Notes: generated from the sequence alone by a model not told the origin. A stretch of DNA of 37,478 bases from Candidatus Fervidifonticultor quintus (GCA_031459535.1 JAVKIJ010000021.1:1-37478); one strand, 5' to 3'. Shown: positions 9,129 to 17,474, counted from the first letter of the stretch. Numbers and translations: made by a program.

Positions 9129-9200
9129 GGAATCGCATAAAGAGTTGGGGTAAGTCCGGGATTGGCAGAGGGGCTGACCGCCGCGGTCAGCCCCTTTCCT
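9129..9200 (+). ncRNA. Candidate small RNA or attenuator leader (unclassified)
   Basis: About 70 nt between a promoter and a strong terminator-like hairpin, no convincing ORF, 5' half less GC-rich than surroundings. Confidence 0.35.
9167..9200 (+). terminator. Intrinsic terminator-like hairpin
   Basis: AGGGGCTGACCG-ccg-CGGTCAGCCCCT (12-bp perfect stem) followed by TTCCT. Confidence 0.65.
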
Positions 9201-9266
9201 GTCGGGCCGTCCGCCGGTGACTACCGGCGTGTCCCACCTATGCACGGTCGCAAAGGAGGGTCGGCA

Positions 9267-9422
9267 ATGGCGCAGAAGTGGATCCCCGTCGTCCTTGGTG
9301 CCTGGATTGTCGTCTCACCCTTCGTGCTCGACATCACCGGCGCCGGTCGGTGGAGCAACATCATCGTCGGCCTGGTCATCGCGGCGCTGGCGTACAACGC
9401 CGCGAAGGCGACGACCAGCTGA
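9267..9422 (+). CDS. Small SPW-repeat membrane protein (51 aa)
   Basis: AAGGAGG SD then ATG. MAQKWIPVVLGAWIVVSPFVL...WSNIIVGLVIAALA fits one SPW repeat (W..LG.W...SP[WF]..., N.I.G). Confidence 0.8.
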   Translation: MAQKWIPVVLGAWIVVSPFVLDITGAGRWSNIIVGLVIAALAYNAAKATTS

Positions 9423-9540
9423 ACCCGCCTCCGGGCTTCGCTCGTCCAGCCGATTGACGCCGCCCAGCGCCGCGCTACCGGCGTCTTGGGCGGTGGTCTC
9501 CTGCGGCCACCGACAGCCCCGTCGACGGCCGTCTGCGAGC

Positions 9541-9587
9541 GGCTGTCTTGGGCTGTCTTGACCCGTGCCGACAGGTTCCTGTACGGT
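9541..9587 (+). promoter_or_regulatory. Putative mrp operon promoter with overlapping tandem 10-mer repeat
   Basis: GGCTGTCTTG twice (9541-9560) running into TTGACC (9558-9563), 18-nt spacer, TACGGT (9582-9587). Confidence 0.4.
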
Positions 9588-9653
9588 AGTCGCGTATGTC
9601 CGCACCGCGCGTAGGATCCGGCGGATTCCACGGCGCGTTCGACAGGCGCTAAA

Positions 9654-12401
9654 GTGCCGGTGACGCTCGGCCTCATCCCACTGACGGCCGTGGTAGCCGC
9701 GCCGTGTGTGCTCTGGCTCGGGGGCCGAGGGCGCCTCCATCCCGGCTGGTGGGCGACAGCGGTCTTCGTGGTGCTGGTGGCCGCAATAGCAGGGCTGGCA
9801 CCGCCGGTGCTGGGGGGACGGGTCATCCGGGCGACGCTGCCTTGGTTCCCCGAGCTCGACGTCCGGTACGCCCTGACCCTCGACGGCCTGGCGCTGCTGT
9901 TTGCGCTCCTGATCGCCGCCGCCGGCCTGTTGATCATCATCTATTCCACGGCCTACATGCCTCGGGGACCGGCGCTCGGCCGGTTCTACGCCTACATGCT
10001 GCTCTTCGCTGGCGGGATGCTTGGCGTGGTACTCGCCGACGATCTGGTGCTCCTTTACGTGTTCTGGGAACTGACCAGCCTCGCGTCATTCTTCCTGATC
10101 GGCTATCACGACGACGACCCCGCTGCCCGCGCTGGCGCCGTCACGGCCCTGATCGTCACCGTCGGTGGCGGCGTGGCCATGCTGGCCGGCTTCGTGCTCC
10201 TGGCGCAGGTGGGTGGGACCTGGCAGATCAGCGAGCTGGCCGGGAAGGCCGGCACGATCGTCGCCGACAGCCGGGCGGGGGTCATCCTGCTCCTGATCGT
10301 CGTCGGCGCGTTTTCGAAGTCGGCTCAGCTCCCCTTCCACTTCTGGCTGCCGTCGGCCATGGTGGCTCCGACGCCTGTATCCACCTACCTGCACTCGGCC
10401 ACCATGGTCTGGGCAGGGGTCTATCTGCTGGCCCGGGTTCTCCCCGTGCTCGGAGATGTGGCGTGGTGGACGGGCCTGCTGGTACCCGTTGGGCTGGCCA
10501 CGCTGCTGCTCGGGGGCAGCCTGGCCATGGGCCAGGCCGACCTCAAGGCGCTGCTGGCGTACTCCACCATCGGGGCGCTGGGCCTGGCGACGGCTCTCAT
10601 CGGATGGAAGACGCCCGGGGCCGTGGCGGCGGCTGCGGCCTACATCATCGTCCACGGGGCGTTCAAGGGCGCGCTGTTCCTGGTGGCGGGCGCGGTGGAG
10701 CACGAGACGGGGCTGCGGGACATCGAGCGGCTCGGCAACCTGCGCCGGGCAATGCCGGTCACCATGGGGGTCGCCGCTGTGGCGAGCCTGTCCATGGCGG
10801 CCGTGCCCCCGTTCGCTGGATTCCTCGCCAAGGAAGCGGCGGTGGACGCCGTGTGGCAGGGTTCGGCGCTGGCGGGCGGCCTGATGGCGCTGTCTGGGGC
10901 GCTCTCGGTGGCGTATGCCGCCAGGTTCATGAAGATCTTCTTCGGCCCCGCACCGGCACGCCCGGCCTCGCGCAGGCGCAAACAGCCGCAGGATGCACCC
11001 CATCTGAAACCGGTCGAGGTCCTCTGCGAGCCTCCGGTGCTGCTGTGGGCGCCACCCGCCGTCATGGCGGTGCTCGGGCTCGTCGTCGGCCTGGCGCCCT
11101 CCGGCGTTGAGGGACTGGCGGCCCTCGCCGCCGCCGCGGTCACCGGCGGCGCGGGTGACTTCCGCCTATGGCATGGCGCCTCTCCCAAGGTGGTCGCGGT
11201 CACCGCCCTGGCCCTGGGACTGGGCGGCGGGCTGTTCGCGGCGCAGGATCGCGTGGCCCGCCTGATCCGGAGCCTGCCCTGGCTGAGCGCCGGCCTAGTC
11301 TACGACGCGCTCTACGCGGCGGTGCTGCGCGCGGCCGGCGCGCTGACCGACGTCTACATGACCGGCCGCCTGCGCAGCTACCTGCTGTACATCATGACCA
11401 CGGCCGCAGCACTCCTGGGCTACGGGCTGGCTCGCACCGGTGTCCGCGTTCCGGCATCGGTGACGGGGCTCGATGTCGGCGAAGCTCTCAGTGTCTTCGT
11501 GGCAATAGCCGCGTCCATCGCCGCGGTCCGGCTCCGGCTCTTGCTCGGTTCGATTCTGGCCCTGGGGGTTGCGGGCTACTCGGTAAGCCTGATCTACCTG
11601 CTGCTCAGCGCCCCGGACATCGCCATGACCCAGGCCGTGATCGAGACCGTGAGTGTGGTGCTCTTCGTGGTGGCCCTGACAGCGCTGGGCAAGACGGACG
11701 ATCAGCAGCTCCTGGCGCGGCGGCCCTCTGGCGACGGCCTGATCGCCGTGGTGACCGGCGGCCTGGCCGCGGTGCTCGCGTTCATGATCAGCCAGGTCTC
11801 TGCGCTATCGAGAGTCTCAGACGCCTTCTTCGCTCACGCCAAGCAGGCTGGAGGGGACAATGTCGTCAACTTGGTCATCCTGGACTTCCGCGGCTGGGAC
11901 ACCGTCGGCGAGATCACCGTGCTCGCCATCGCCGCGCTGGGCGCCATGGCCCTGGCGCCGCGGAAGACGCCCGCGGTGCGCGCTGCGGCGCGGGCGGCCA
12001 GCGCCCCTGCCGACATGAACTCCATCATCCTTGCGACCGTGACCCCGGTCGCCGCACCGCTGATTGTGCTGTTCGCGGCGCGGATGTGGTGGACCGGGCA
12101 CTACGGCCCGGGAGGCGGGTTCGTGGCCGGTCTGATGGTGGCCGCGTCCGTAGTGTTGGTGGCGCTGCAGCGGGGCGCGGTGGTGCTGACCAGGCGGTGG
12201 GACCGATTGATGGCTCTGGGGCTCTTGCTGGCGGTCGGGTCGGCCGTCGTCCCCCTCGCCCTCGGCTATTCGCTCCTGCAGCACACCGTGGTCTACTGGC
12301 CGATCAAACTCCCGACGTCGCTGGTGTTCGACCTGGGCGTCCTCTTCCTCGTGGCGGGCGCGATCCTGGCGGCGGTACGATCGCTGGTGGAGGCGACGTG
12401 A
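9654..12401 (+). CDS. mrpA: Mrp Na+(K+)/H+ antiporter subunit A' (MrpA-MrpB fusion)
   Basis: Motifs FWELTS, KSAQLPFHFWLP.AM.APTPVS.YLHSATMV, GFLAKE, APD.A.TQ..ET, DFRG.DT.GE, and a C-terminal MrpB domain with GH..PGGGF. Confidence 0.95.
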   Translation: MPVTLGLIPLTAVVAAPCVLWLGGRGRLHPGWWATAVFVVLVAAIAGLAPPVLGGRVIRATLPWFPELDVRYALTLDGLALLFALLIAAAGLLIIIYSTAYMPRGPALGRFYAYMLLFAGGMLGVVLADDLVLLYVFWELTSLASFFLIGYHDDDPAARAGAVTALIVTVGGGVAMLAGFVLLAQVGGTWQISELAGKAGTIVADSRAGVILLLIVVGAFSKSAQLPFHFWLPSAMVAPTPVSTYLHSATMVWAGVYLLARVLPVLGDVAWWTGLLVPVGLATLLLGGSLAMGQADLKALLAYSTIGALGLATALIGWKTPGAVAAAAAYIIVHGAFKGALFLVAGAVEHETGLRDIERLGNLRRAMPVTMGVAAVASLSMAAVPPFAGFLAKEAAVDAVWQGSALAGGLMALSGALSVAYAARFMKIFFGPAPARPASRRRKQPQDAPHLKPVEVLCEPPVLLWAPPAVMAVLGLVVGLAPSGVEGLAALAAAAVTGGAGDFRLWHGASPKVVAVTALALGLGGGLFAAQDRVARLIRSLPWLSAGLVYDALYAAVLRAAGALTDVYMTGRLRSYLLYIMTTAAALLGYGLARTGVRVPASVTGLDVGEALSVFVAIAASIAAVRLRLLLGSILALGVAGYSVSLIYLLLSAPDIAMTQAVIETVSVVLFVVALTALGKTDDQQLLARRPSGDGLIAVVTGGLAAVLAFMISQVSALSRVSDAFFAHAKQAGGDNVVNLVILDFRGWDTVGEITVLAIAALGAMALAPRKTPAVRAAARAASAPADMNSIILATVTPVAAPLIVLFAARMWWTGHYGPGGGFVAGLMVAASVVLVALQRGAVVLTRRWDRLMALGLLLAVGSAVVPLALGYSLLQHTVVYWPIKLPTSLVFDLGVLFLVAGAILAAVRSLVEAT

Positions 12402-12718
12402 TGGCGCTGGCGGTCTCGCTGCTCGTCGGCGTGCTGTTCGCCACCGGGCTCTACCTGCTGCTGGGCCGCTCACTGCTCCGGCAGATCATCGGCCTGGCGC
12501 TGCTCGCTCACTCGGCGAACGTGGTCATCCTGCTGGCGGCCGGGCTGCGTGGATCGGTGCCGGTCATCGGGTCGGCACCGCTGCCCCACACCGATCCGCT
12601 GCCCCAGGCGCTGATCCTGACCGCCATCGTTATCTCATTCGGGATCACGGCCTTCCTGCTGGCCCTGGGCTACCGCATGCACCTCTTCGCGGGCACCAAG
12701 GACGACCGCGATGGCTGA
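12401..12718 (+). CDS. mrpC: Mrp antiporter subunit C
   Basis: DPLPQALILTAIVISFG signature. Start overlaps the mrpA stop (ATG 12401 or GTG 12398). Confidence 0.93.
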   Translation: MALAVSLLVGVLFATGLYLLLGRSLLRQIIGLALLAHSANVVILLAAGLRGSVPVIGSAPLPHTDPLPQALILTAIVISFGITAFLLALGYRMHLFAGTKDDRDG

Positions 12719-14171
12719 GCGCCTGGTCGCCGCGCTGCCGGCCCTGCCCATCCTCATCCCGCTGGCCACCGCCGTCGGCCTGCTGGTCGGACCGCCGCGC
12801 GCCGTCGGCCGGCTGGCCGGTCTGCTCGCGGTCGCCGCCACCCTGGCCGCCGGTGTGGCGCTGGTAGTGCTGACACGAGACGGCCGGATCTTCCCGATCC
12901 AGGCCGGCGGCTGGCCGGCGCCGTTTGGGATCAGCGTGGTGGCCGACTCGCTGGCCGCGCTCATGGTGTTGATTGCGGCCATCATCGCAGCCGTGGGCCT
13001 GCTCTTCACCATCGCTGCGGGCCGGGACGACCGTTTCGTGCATGCCGGCTGGCAGTTCCTGCTGGCGGGCATCGACTGGGCGTTCCTGACCGGCGATCTG
13101 TTCAACCTCTATGTGGCCTATGAGGTCATGCTGATGGCCTCGTACTTCCTGCTGACGCACGGGACCAGCCGGCAGCAGGCGCGCGAAGCGTTCGGCTACG
13201 TGGCCATGAATCTGATCGCCTCCACGTTCTTCCTCTTCGCGGTGGCGCTCATCTACTCGGCGGCGGGCACCCTGAACATGGCGCATCTCGCCCAGCGCAT
13301 TCCCCAAGCCCCGGCCGGCCCGGTCCGCGCCGGCGCAACGCTGCTGCTGCTGGCGTTCGGCATCAAGGCGGCGATCTTCCCACTGTACTACTGGCTGCCG
13401 CACGCGTACGCGATCCCTCCGGCGGGTATCGCCGGATTCTTCGGAGGCATGCTCACCAAGGTGGGCGTGTACTCTCTGTTCCGGGTCTTCACCATCATAT
13501 TCCCAAGCCAGGGGCCTGACCCGCTCATGTTGTGGTTGGCCGCCGGCACCATGCTACTGGGGGTCCTGGGCGCGCTGGCCCAGGAGGACATCCGCCGGAT
13601 CCTGTCGTTCCACATCATCAGCCAGGTGGGCTACATGTTCATGGGGCTGGCGCTGGCCAGCCAGCTGGGGATCGCCGGAGGCATCTTCTACATCCTGCAC
13701 CACATCGTGGTCAAGGTCGGACTCATCCTCGCGGGCGGCGCCATCGAGGAGACCTACGGCACAGGCCGCCTCGAACGCCTGGGCGGCATCGCCCGCACCA
13801 ACGGCGCGCTGGCTCTGGTCTTCATCATCTGTGCGCTGTCGCTGGCCGGGGTGCCACCGTTCTCGGGGTTCTTCGCCAAGCTGTTGTTGATTCGCGCGGG
13901 GTTCGCGGTGGGCCAGCCGGGCATTGTGGCGGTCAGCATCGTGGTGAGCGTGCTGACCCTGATGTCCATGGTCAAGATCTACTCGAATGCCTTCTGGGGG
14001 CCGGGCGCGCCGGCGCGGGTCCCGGCCCGGCTGGTCGCGCCGGCTGCGCTGCTGGCTGCCATCACGGTGGTCGTCGGGCTGCAGGCCCGCGGCCTCTACG
14101 CGCTGACCTCGACGGCGGCCGCGCACCTCGCGTCGCCAACGCAGTACGTCCAAGCGGTGCTGAGACGATGA
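12711..14171 (+). CDS. mrpD: Mrp antiporter subunit D
   Basis: Motifs GGWPAPFGI, FLTGDLFNLYV.YEVML, KAAIFPL..WLP, LTKVG, HIISQ, PPFSGF.AK. Confidence 0.95.
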   Translation: MAERLVAALPALPILIPLATAVGLLVGPPRAVGRLAGLLAVAATLAAGVALVVLTRDGRIFPIQAGGWPAPFGISVVADSLAALMVLIAAIIAAVGLLFTIAAGRDDRFVHAGWQFLLAGIDWAFLTGDLFNLYVAYEVMLMASYFLLTHGTSRQQAREAFGYVAMNLIASTFFLFAVALIYSAAGTLNMAHLAQRIPQAPAGPVRAGATLLLLAFGIKAAIFPLYYWLPHAYAIPPAGIAGFFGGMLTKVGVYSLFRVFTIIFPSQGPDPLMLWLAAGTMLLGVLGALAQEDIRRILSFHIISQVGYMFMGLALASQLGIAGGIFYILHHIVVKVGLILAGGAIEETYGTGRLERLGGIARTNGALALVFIICALSLAGVPPFSGFFAKLLLIRAGFAVGQPGIVAVSIVVSVLTLMSMVKIYSNAFWGPGAPARVPARLVAPAALLAAITVVVGLQARGLYALTSTAAAHLASPTQYVQAVLRR

Positions 14172-14497
14172 TCCGGCGCCTGTGGTCCGGGCTGATGTGG
14201 TTCGGGATCCTCGTGGTCCAGAATGCGCTGGCGTGCCTGACGGTCGCCTGGCTCGTCCTGCGGCCCCGCAAGCCAGTGCGCTCGGGCATCGTCCGGGTTC
14301 CCCTGGATGTGAAGAGCAACGCGGGCATCACCATGCTGGCGAGCTCCATCACGCTGATCCCGGGCACCATCACGGTGGACGTGGCGCCAGACCGCTCACA
14401 CCTGCTGGTGCACGTCCTGGCGCTTGATGACCCGGAGGCGACGGTGCGGGAGATCAAGCGGACCCTGGAGCAACCCATCAGGAGGTTCGTGGAGTGA
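14168..14497 (+). CDS. mrpE: Mrp antiporter subunit E (short form, 109 aa)
   Basis: ITLIPGT motif and LLVHVL. ATGA overlap with mrpD. Confidence 0.9.
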   Translation: MIRRLWSGLMWFGILVVQNALACLTVAWLVLRPRKPVRSGIVRVPLDVKSNAGITMLASSITLIPGTITVDVAPDRSHLLVHVLALDDPEATVREIKRTLEQPIRRFVE

Positions 14498-14760
14498 ACC
14501 TGTTGGCCACGGCGGCCCTGACGATCCTGGCGCTGGCGCTGGTGCTGTGCCTGATCCGCCTGTTTCTGGGTCCCACGCTTGGTGACCGGATCATCGCCAG
14601 CGACGCGGGCGCCATCATGGTCATCAACATCGTGGCGGTGCTGGGCTTGAGGGCGCACACGCGACTGTACGCCGACGTCGCGGCGGTGATCGCCATCCTG
14701 GCCTTCATCGGCACGGTGGCCGCTGCGCGCTACGTTCGGGGGAGGCCGCCGCTTGCTTGA
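14494..14760 (+). CDS. mrpF: Mrp antiporter subunit F
   Basis: RL..GPT..DR..A.D motif, 88 aa, three hydrophobic segments. Confidence 0.9.
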   Translation: MNLLATAALTILALALVLCLIRLFLGPTLGDRIIASDAGAIMVINIVAVLGLRAHTRLYADVAAVIAILAFIGTVAAARYVRGRPPLA

Positions 14761-15079
14761 CGCGCTGGTCGCCGCCTTGCTGCTGGCCGGGTCGGCGCTG
14801 GCGCTGATCGCGGCGCTGGGGCTGCATCGGTTCACCGATGCCTACGCCCGCAACCATGCCGTGGGCAAGGCCGGCACACTGGGCCTGGCCCTGGTACTCC
14901 TGGCCGCCATCCTGGGCCATGGTACCCAGGGCGACGAGGTGGTTACCCTGCTGTTCGTGCTCCTCACCTCGCCGGTCGGCACCCACATGATCACGAAGGC
15001 CATGTACGACAGCGGCTACCGACCCTGGGAAGGAAGCCCCGCGGCCCGGCGCGCGACCCGCAAGAGGTCGAGGGGCTAG
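14753..15079 (+). CDS. mrpG: Mrp antiporter subunit G
   Basis: Motifs GL.RF.D.Y.R.HA..K..TLG and LTSPV..H. Confidence 0.9.
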   Translation: MLDALVAALLLAGSALALIAALGLHRFTDAYARNHAVGKAGTLGLALVLLAAILGHGTQGDEVVTLLFVLLTSPVGTHMITKAMYDSGYRPWEGSPAARRATRKRSRG

Positions 15080-15105
15080 CCCGCGCTGCTCCGACCGGGC
15101 CTACG

Positions 15106-15114
15106 TGCTAGGAT
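15106..15114 (+). promoter_or_regulatory. Extended -10 element for tRNA-Ser(CGA)
   Basis: TGcTAGGAT ending 8 nt before the tRNA. Confidence 0.55.
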
Positions 15115-15122
15115 AGGGACTT

Positions 15123-15211
15123 GGAGGAGTTCGGGAGCCCGGTACCCGGACGGTCTCGAAAACCGTTGGGCGCATCGCGCCTCGTGGGTTCAAATCCCAC
15201 CTCCTCCGCCA
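15123..15211 (+). tRNA. tRNA-Ser(CGA)
   Basis: Acceptor stem GGAGGAG/CTCCTCC, anticodon arm ACGGT-CTCGAAA-ACCGT, long variable arm, T arm GTGGG-TTCAAAT-CCCAC, G73 and encoded CCA. Confidence 0.96.
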
Positions 15212-16107
15212 GGCCTCCCCGGCGCACGCACCAGGAGCATCGGCCGCCGGCACCGCGCCACGATCCTCGAAGCCACGCTGCCCGCCCAGACCGCGCTGAT
15301 CCCGGACCGGCCGTGCGTGGCCAGCGCCAGCAGGTCGGCACCATACTGCCCCGCAGCCTCAGCCACCTCCCACGAGGGATCGCCGCGCCGGACCTGGGCG
15401 TCGGCCGCCAGCCCGCGGGACCGCAGGCGCGCGGTCAGCCCGTCGAGGTAGGCTGCGATGGCCTCTTCTTCCATCTCCAACGACACCGAGGTCGCGCCCG
15501 GAAGCAACAGCGCGGCAGGAGAGCGATCGGTCGGCACGGTCGCCAGAGTGGGCACCACGGTAAGCAGGCGCAGGTGGGCGTCGAAGGCGCCGGCGATAGC
15601 CGTCGCCGGGTCGACCGCCGCCTCGGAGGCCGCACTGCCGTCGAGGGGCACGAGGATCTTCTGGCAGGCAAAGGCCGCCGCTCGATCGCCGGGCCGGATC
15701 AACAGGACCGGCGCCGCACCGTGGCTGAGCACCTGCTGGGCTACGCTTCCGTAGAGCAGGTCACGCGCGGCGCCGGAGCCGTGGGTGCACAGCACGACCA
15801 ACTGGCTGCCGTACTCCTCGGCGTGCCGGGCGATCAGAGTGGCGACGTCGCCTTCGCCCGGACCGTGCACGTGAACGGTCACGCGCTCCGGCGCAAACAG
15901 GCGGCGGGCCACATCGGCCAGGTACGCCTCGGCTTCCGGCACGGTGGCCAGATGCGGCTCGCCGTGCACTGCCGCGGGCGGCCGGCGCTCGACCACGTGC
16001 AGGAGCGTCACGTGGGCGCCGAAACGAGCGGCCATGGCCCGCGCCGCCGGGAGCACACTTTCCGCCAGCCGCGAGCCATCCAGGGGGACTAGCATCCGTT
16101 GGAACAC
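15190..16107 (-). CDS. Universal stress protein with two USP domains
   Basis: Two repeats of LVPLDGS..(A/S)E, L..HG.....GSVA, and P.LL.R. Confidence 0.92.
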   Translation of the reverse strand: MFQRMLVPLDGSRLAESVLPAARAMAARFGAHVTLLHVVERRPPAAVHGEPHLATVPEAEAYLADVARRLFAPERVTVHVHGPGEGDVATLIARHAEEYGSQLVVLCTHGSGAARDLLYGSVAQQVLSHGAAPVLLIRPGDRAAAFACQKILVPLDGSAASEAAVDPATAIAGAFDAHLRLLTVVPTLATVPTDRSPAALLLPGATSVSLEMEEEAIAAYLDGLTARLRSRGLAADAQVRRGDPSWEVAEAAGQYGADLLALATHGRSGISAVWAGSVASRIVARCRRPMLLVRAPGRPGGGGGI

Positions 16108-16108
16108 G

Positions 16109-17440
16109 CTAGCCTCCCGCGAACACCTGAACCAGCAGGAACACGTTGAGCCCGATGATCAGCGCCGTGGCCAGGGCGGCCGCAGCGGTGGTGAGCGGGT
16201 GATTGGCGAGGTCGCCCATCAGGTCGCGCCGCCGTGTGAAGAGCACCAGCGGGATCAGGGCAAACGGCAGACCGAAGCTGAGCACCACCTGACTGATCAC
16301 CAGGGTGCGCGTGGGGTCGAGGCCGGCCGCGATCACGATGAGCGCGGGCAGCATGGTGACCAGCCGGCGCAGCCACACGGGAATGCGCCGGTGGAGGAAC
16401 CCCTGCATGATGACCTGCCCCGCCATGGTCCCGACCGTTGATGAGGAGAGCCCTGATGCCAGTAGCGAAACCGCGAACACCGCACTGCTCAACCCGCCGA
16501 GCAGGGGAACCAGTGTGCGGTGCGCCTCCTCAAGTGTGCCCACCTGCGTCAACCCGTGGGCATGGAATGTCGTCGCGGCCATGACCAGCATAGCACCGTT
16601 CACGAGCCCGGCAATGCTCATAGCGATCAGCACGTCCACGACCTCGAACCCGAAGAGCCGCCGCATCTGCCGCGGCGTCTGCGGCACGATCCGGTGCTGC
16701 GTCAGCGAGGAGTGCAGGAACACTGCATGGGGCATCACCGTGGCGCCCAAGATGCCCGCCGCCAGCAGCACGCTCTCCGCCCCATTGAACCTCGGGCGAG
16801 CGATGCCGCCCAGGATGGCCGCCAGGGGAGGCCTCTCCAGCCCCAGCTCGATCAGGTAGCAGACGGCGATGACCCCGACGAAGGCCGTGATCACCACTTC
16901 GAGGGGGCGGAAGCCACGCCGCTCCACGGCCAGAATGAGGAAGGTGATCGCTCCGGTGAGTAGCCCGGCGGGCAGCAACGGGAGGCCGAACAGAAGATAG
17001 AATCCCACCGCGGCACCGACGAATTCGGCCAGGTCCGTGGCCATGGCCACGATTTCACTGACGCCCCACATCGCCCAGACTAGAGGACGCGAAAACTGAT
17101 CCCGGCACATCTCGGCCAGGTTGCGCCCGGTCGCGATACCCAGTTTTGCTGACAAGGCCTGCACCAGCATCGCAGTCAGGTTACTGGCGGCGATCACCCA
17201 GAGCAACTGCAGGCCAAACTTGGAGCCAGCCTGGATGTTGGTAGCGAAGTTGCCAGGATCAATGTAGGCGACGGACGCCACGAACGCCGGGCCGAGGAAC
17301 GGCAGCACGCGCGCGAGCCCGCGGCGCCGCCCGCGGCCGGCCAGAACGGCGCTCGCCGCAGCAACCGTCGCCCTGTCGCCGGGTCGGACGCTCAGCGCTT
17401 TGGCCCCGGGAGGGATCTCAGGAGGCGTGGCGCGACCCAT
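16109..17440 (-). CDS. mntH: Nramp-family Mn2+/Fe2+ transporter
   Basis: YIDPGN and VMPH metal-binding motifs, DLAEFVG, GTMAGQVIMQGFL. Confidence 0.96.
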   Translation of the reverse strand: MGRATPPEIPPGAKALSVRPGDRATVAAASAVLAGRGRRRGLARVLPFLGPAFVASVAYIDPGNFATNIQAGSKFGLQLLWVIAASNLTAMLVQALSAKLGIATGRNLAEMCRDQFSRPLVWAMWGVSEIVAMATDLAEFVGAAVGFYLLFGLPLLPAGLLTGAITFLILAVERRGFRPLEVVITAFVGVIAVCYLIELGLERPPLAAILGGIARPRFNGAESVLLAAGILGATVMPHAVFLHSSLTQHRIVPQTPRQMRRLFGFEVVDVLIAMSIAGLVNGAMLVMAATTFHAHGLTQVGTLEEAHRTLVPLLGGLSSAVFAVSLLASGLSSSTVGTMAGQVIMQGFLHRRIPVWLRRLVTMLPALIVIAAGLDPTRTLVISQVVLSFGLPFALIPLVLFTRRRDLMGDLANHPLTTAAAALATALIIGLNVFLLVQVFAGG

Positions 17441-17456
17441 TGGTGTGGAATAAGGA

Positions 17457-17474
17457 ATTTAGCCTCTGCTAAAT
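17457..17474. promoter_or_regulatory. MntR/DtxR-type operator upstream of mntH
   Basis: Palindrome ATTTAGC-ctct-GCTAAAT (TTTAG-N6-CTAAA) between the predicted transcription start and the mntH ATG. Confidence 0.75.

Noticed and set aside
9140..9155. Candidate sRNA seed GTTGGGGTAAG pairing with leaders near 34693 and 33705
   Set aside because: Matches of 8-9 bp including G-U pairs are expected by chance in GC-rich DNA.
9115..9200. yybP-ykoY Mn riboswitch suggested by GGAGTAG
   Set aside because: The remaining conserved elements and four-way junction are not evident, and the motif overlaps the predicted -10.
15121..16092. ORFs crossing the tRNA-Ser(CGA) gene (15121-16092 and 15108-15344), and similarly 20703-20933 and 20789-21091 over tRNA-Ser(GGA)
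   Set aside because: They are translations of tRNA sequence or of the antisense strand of real genes.
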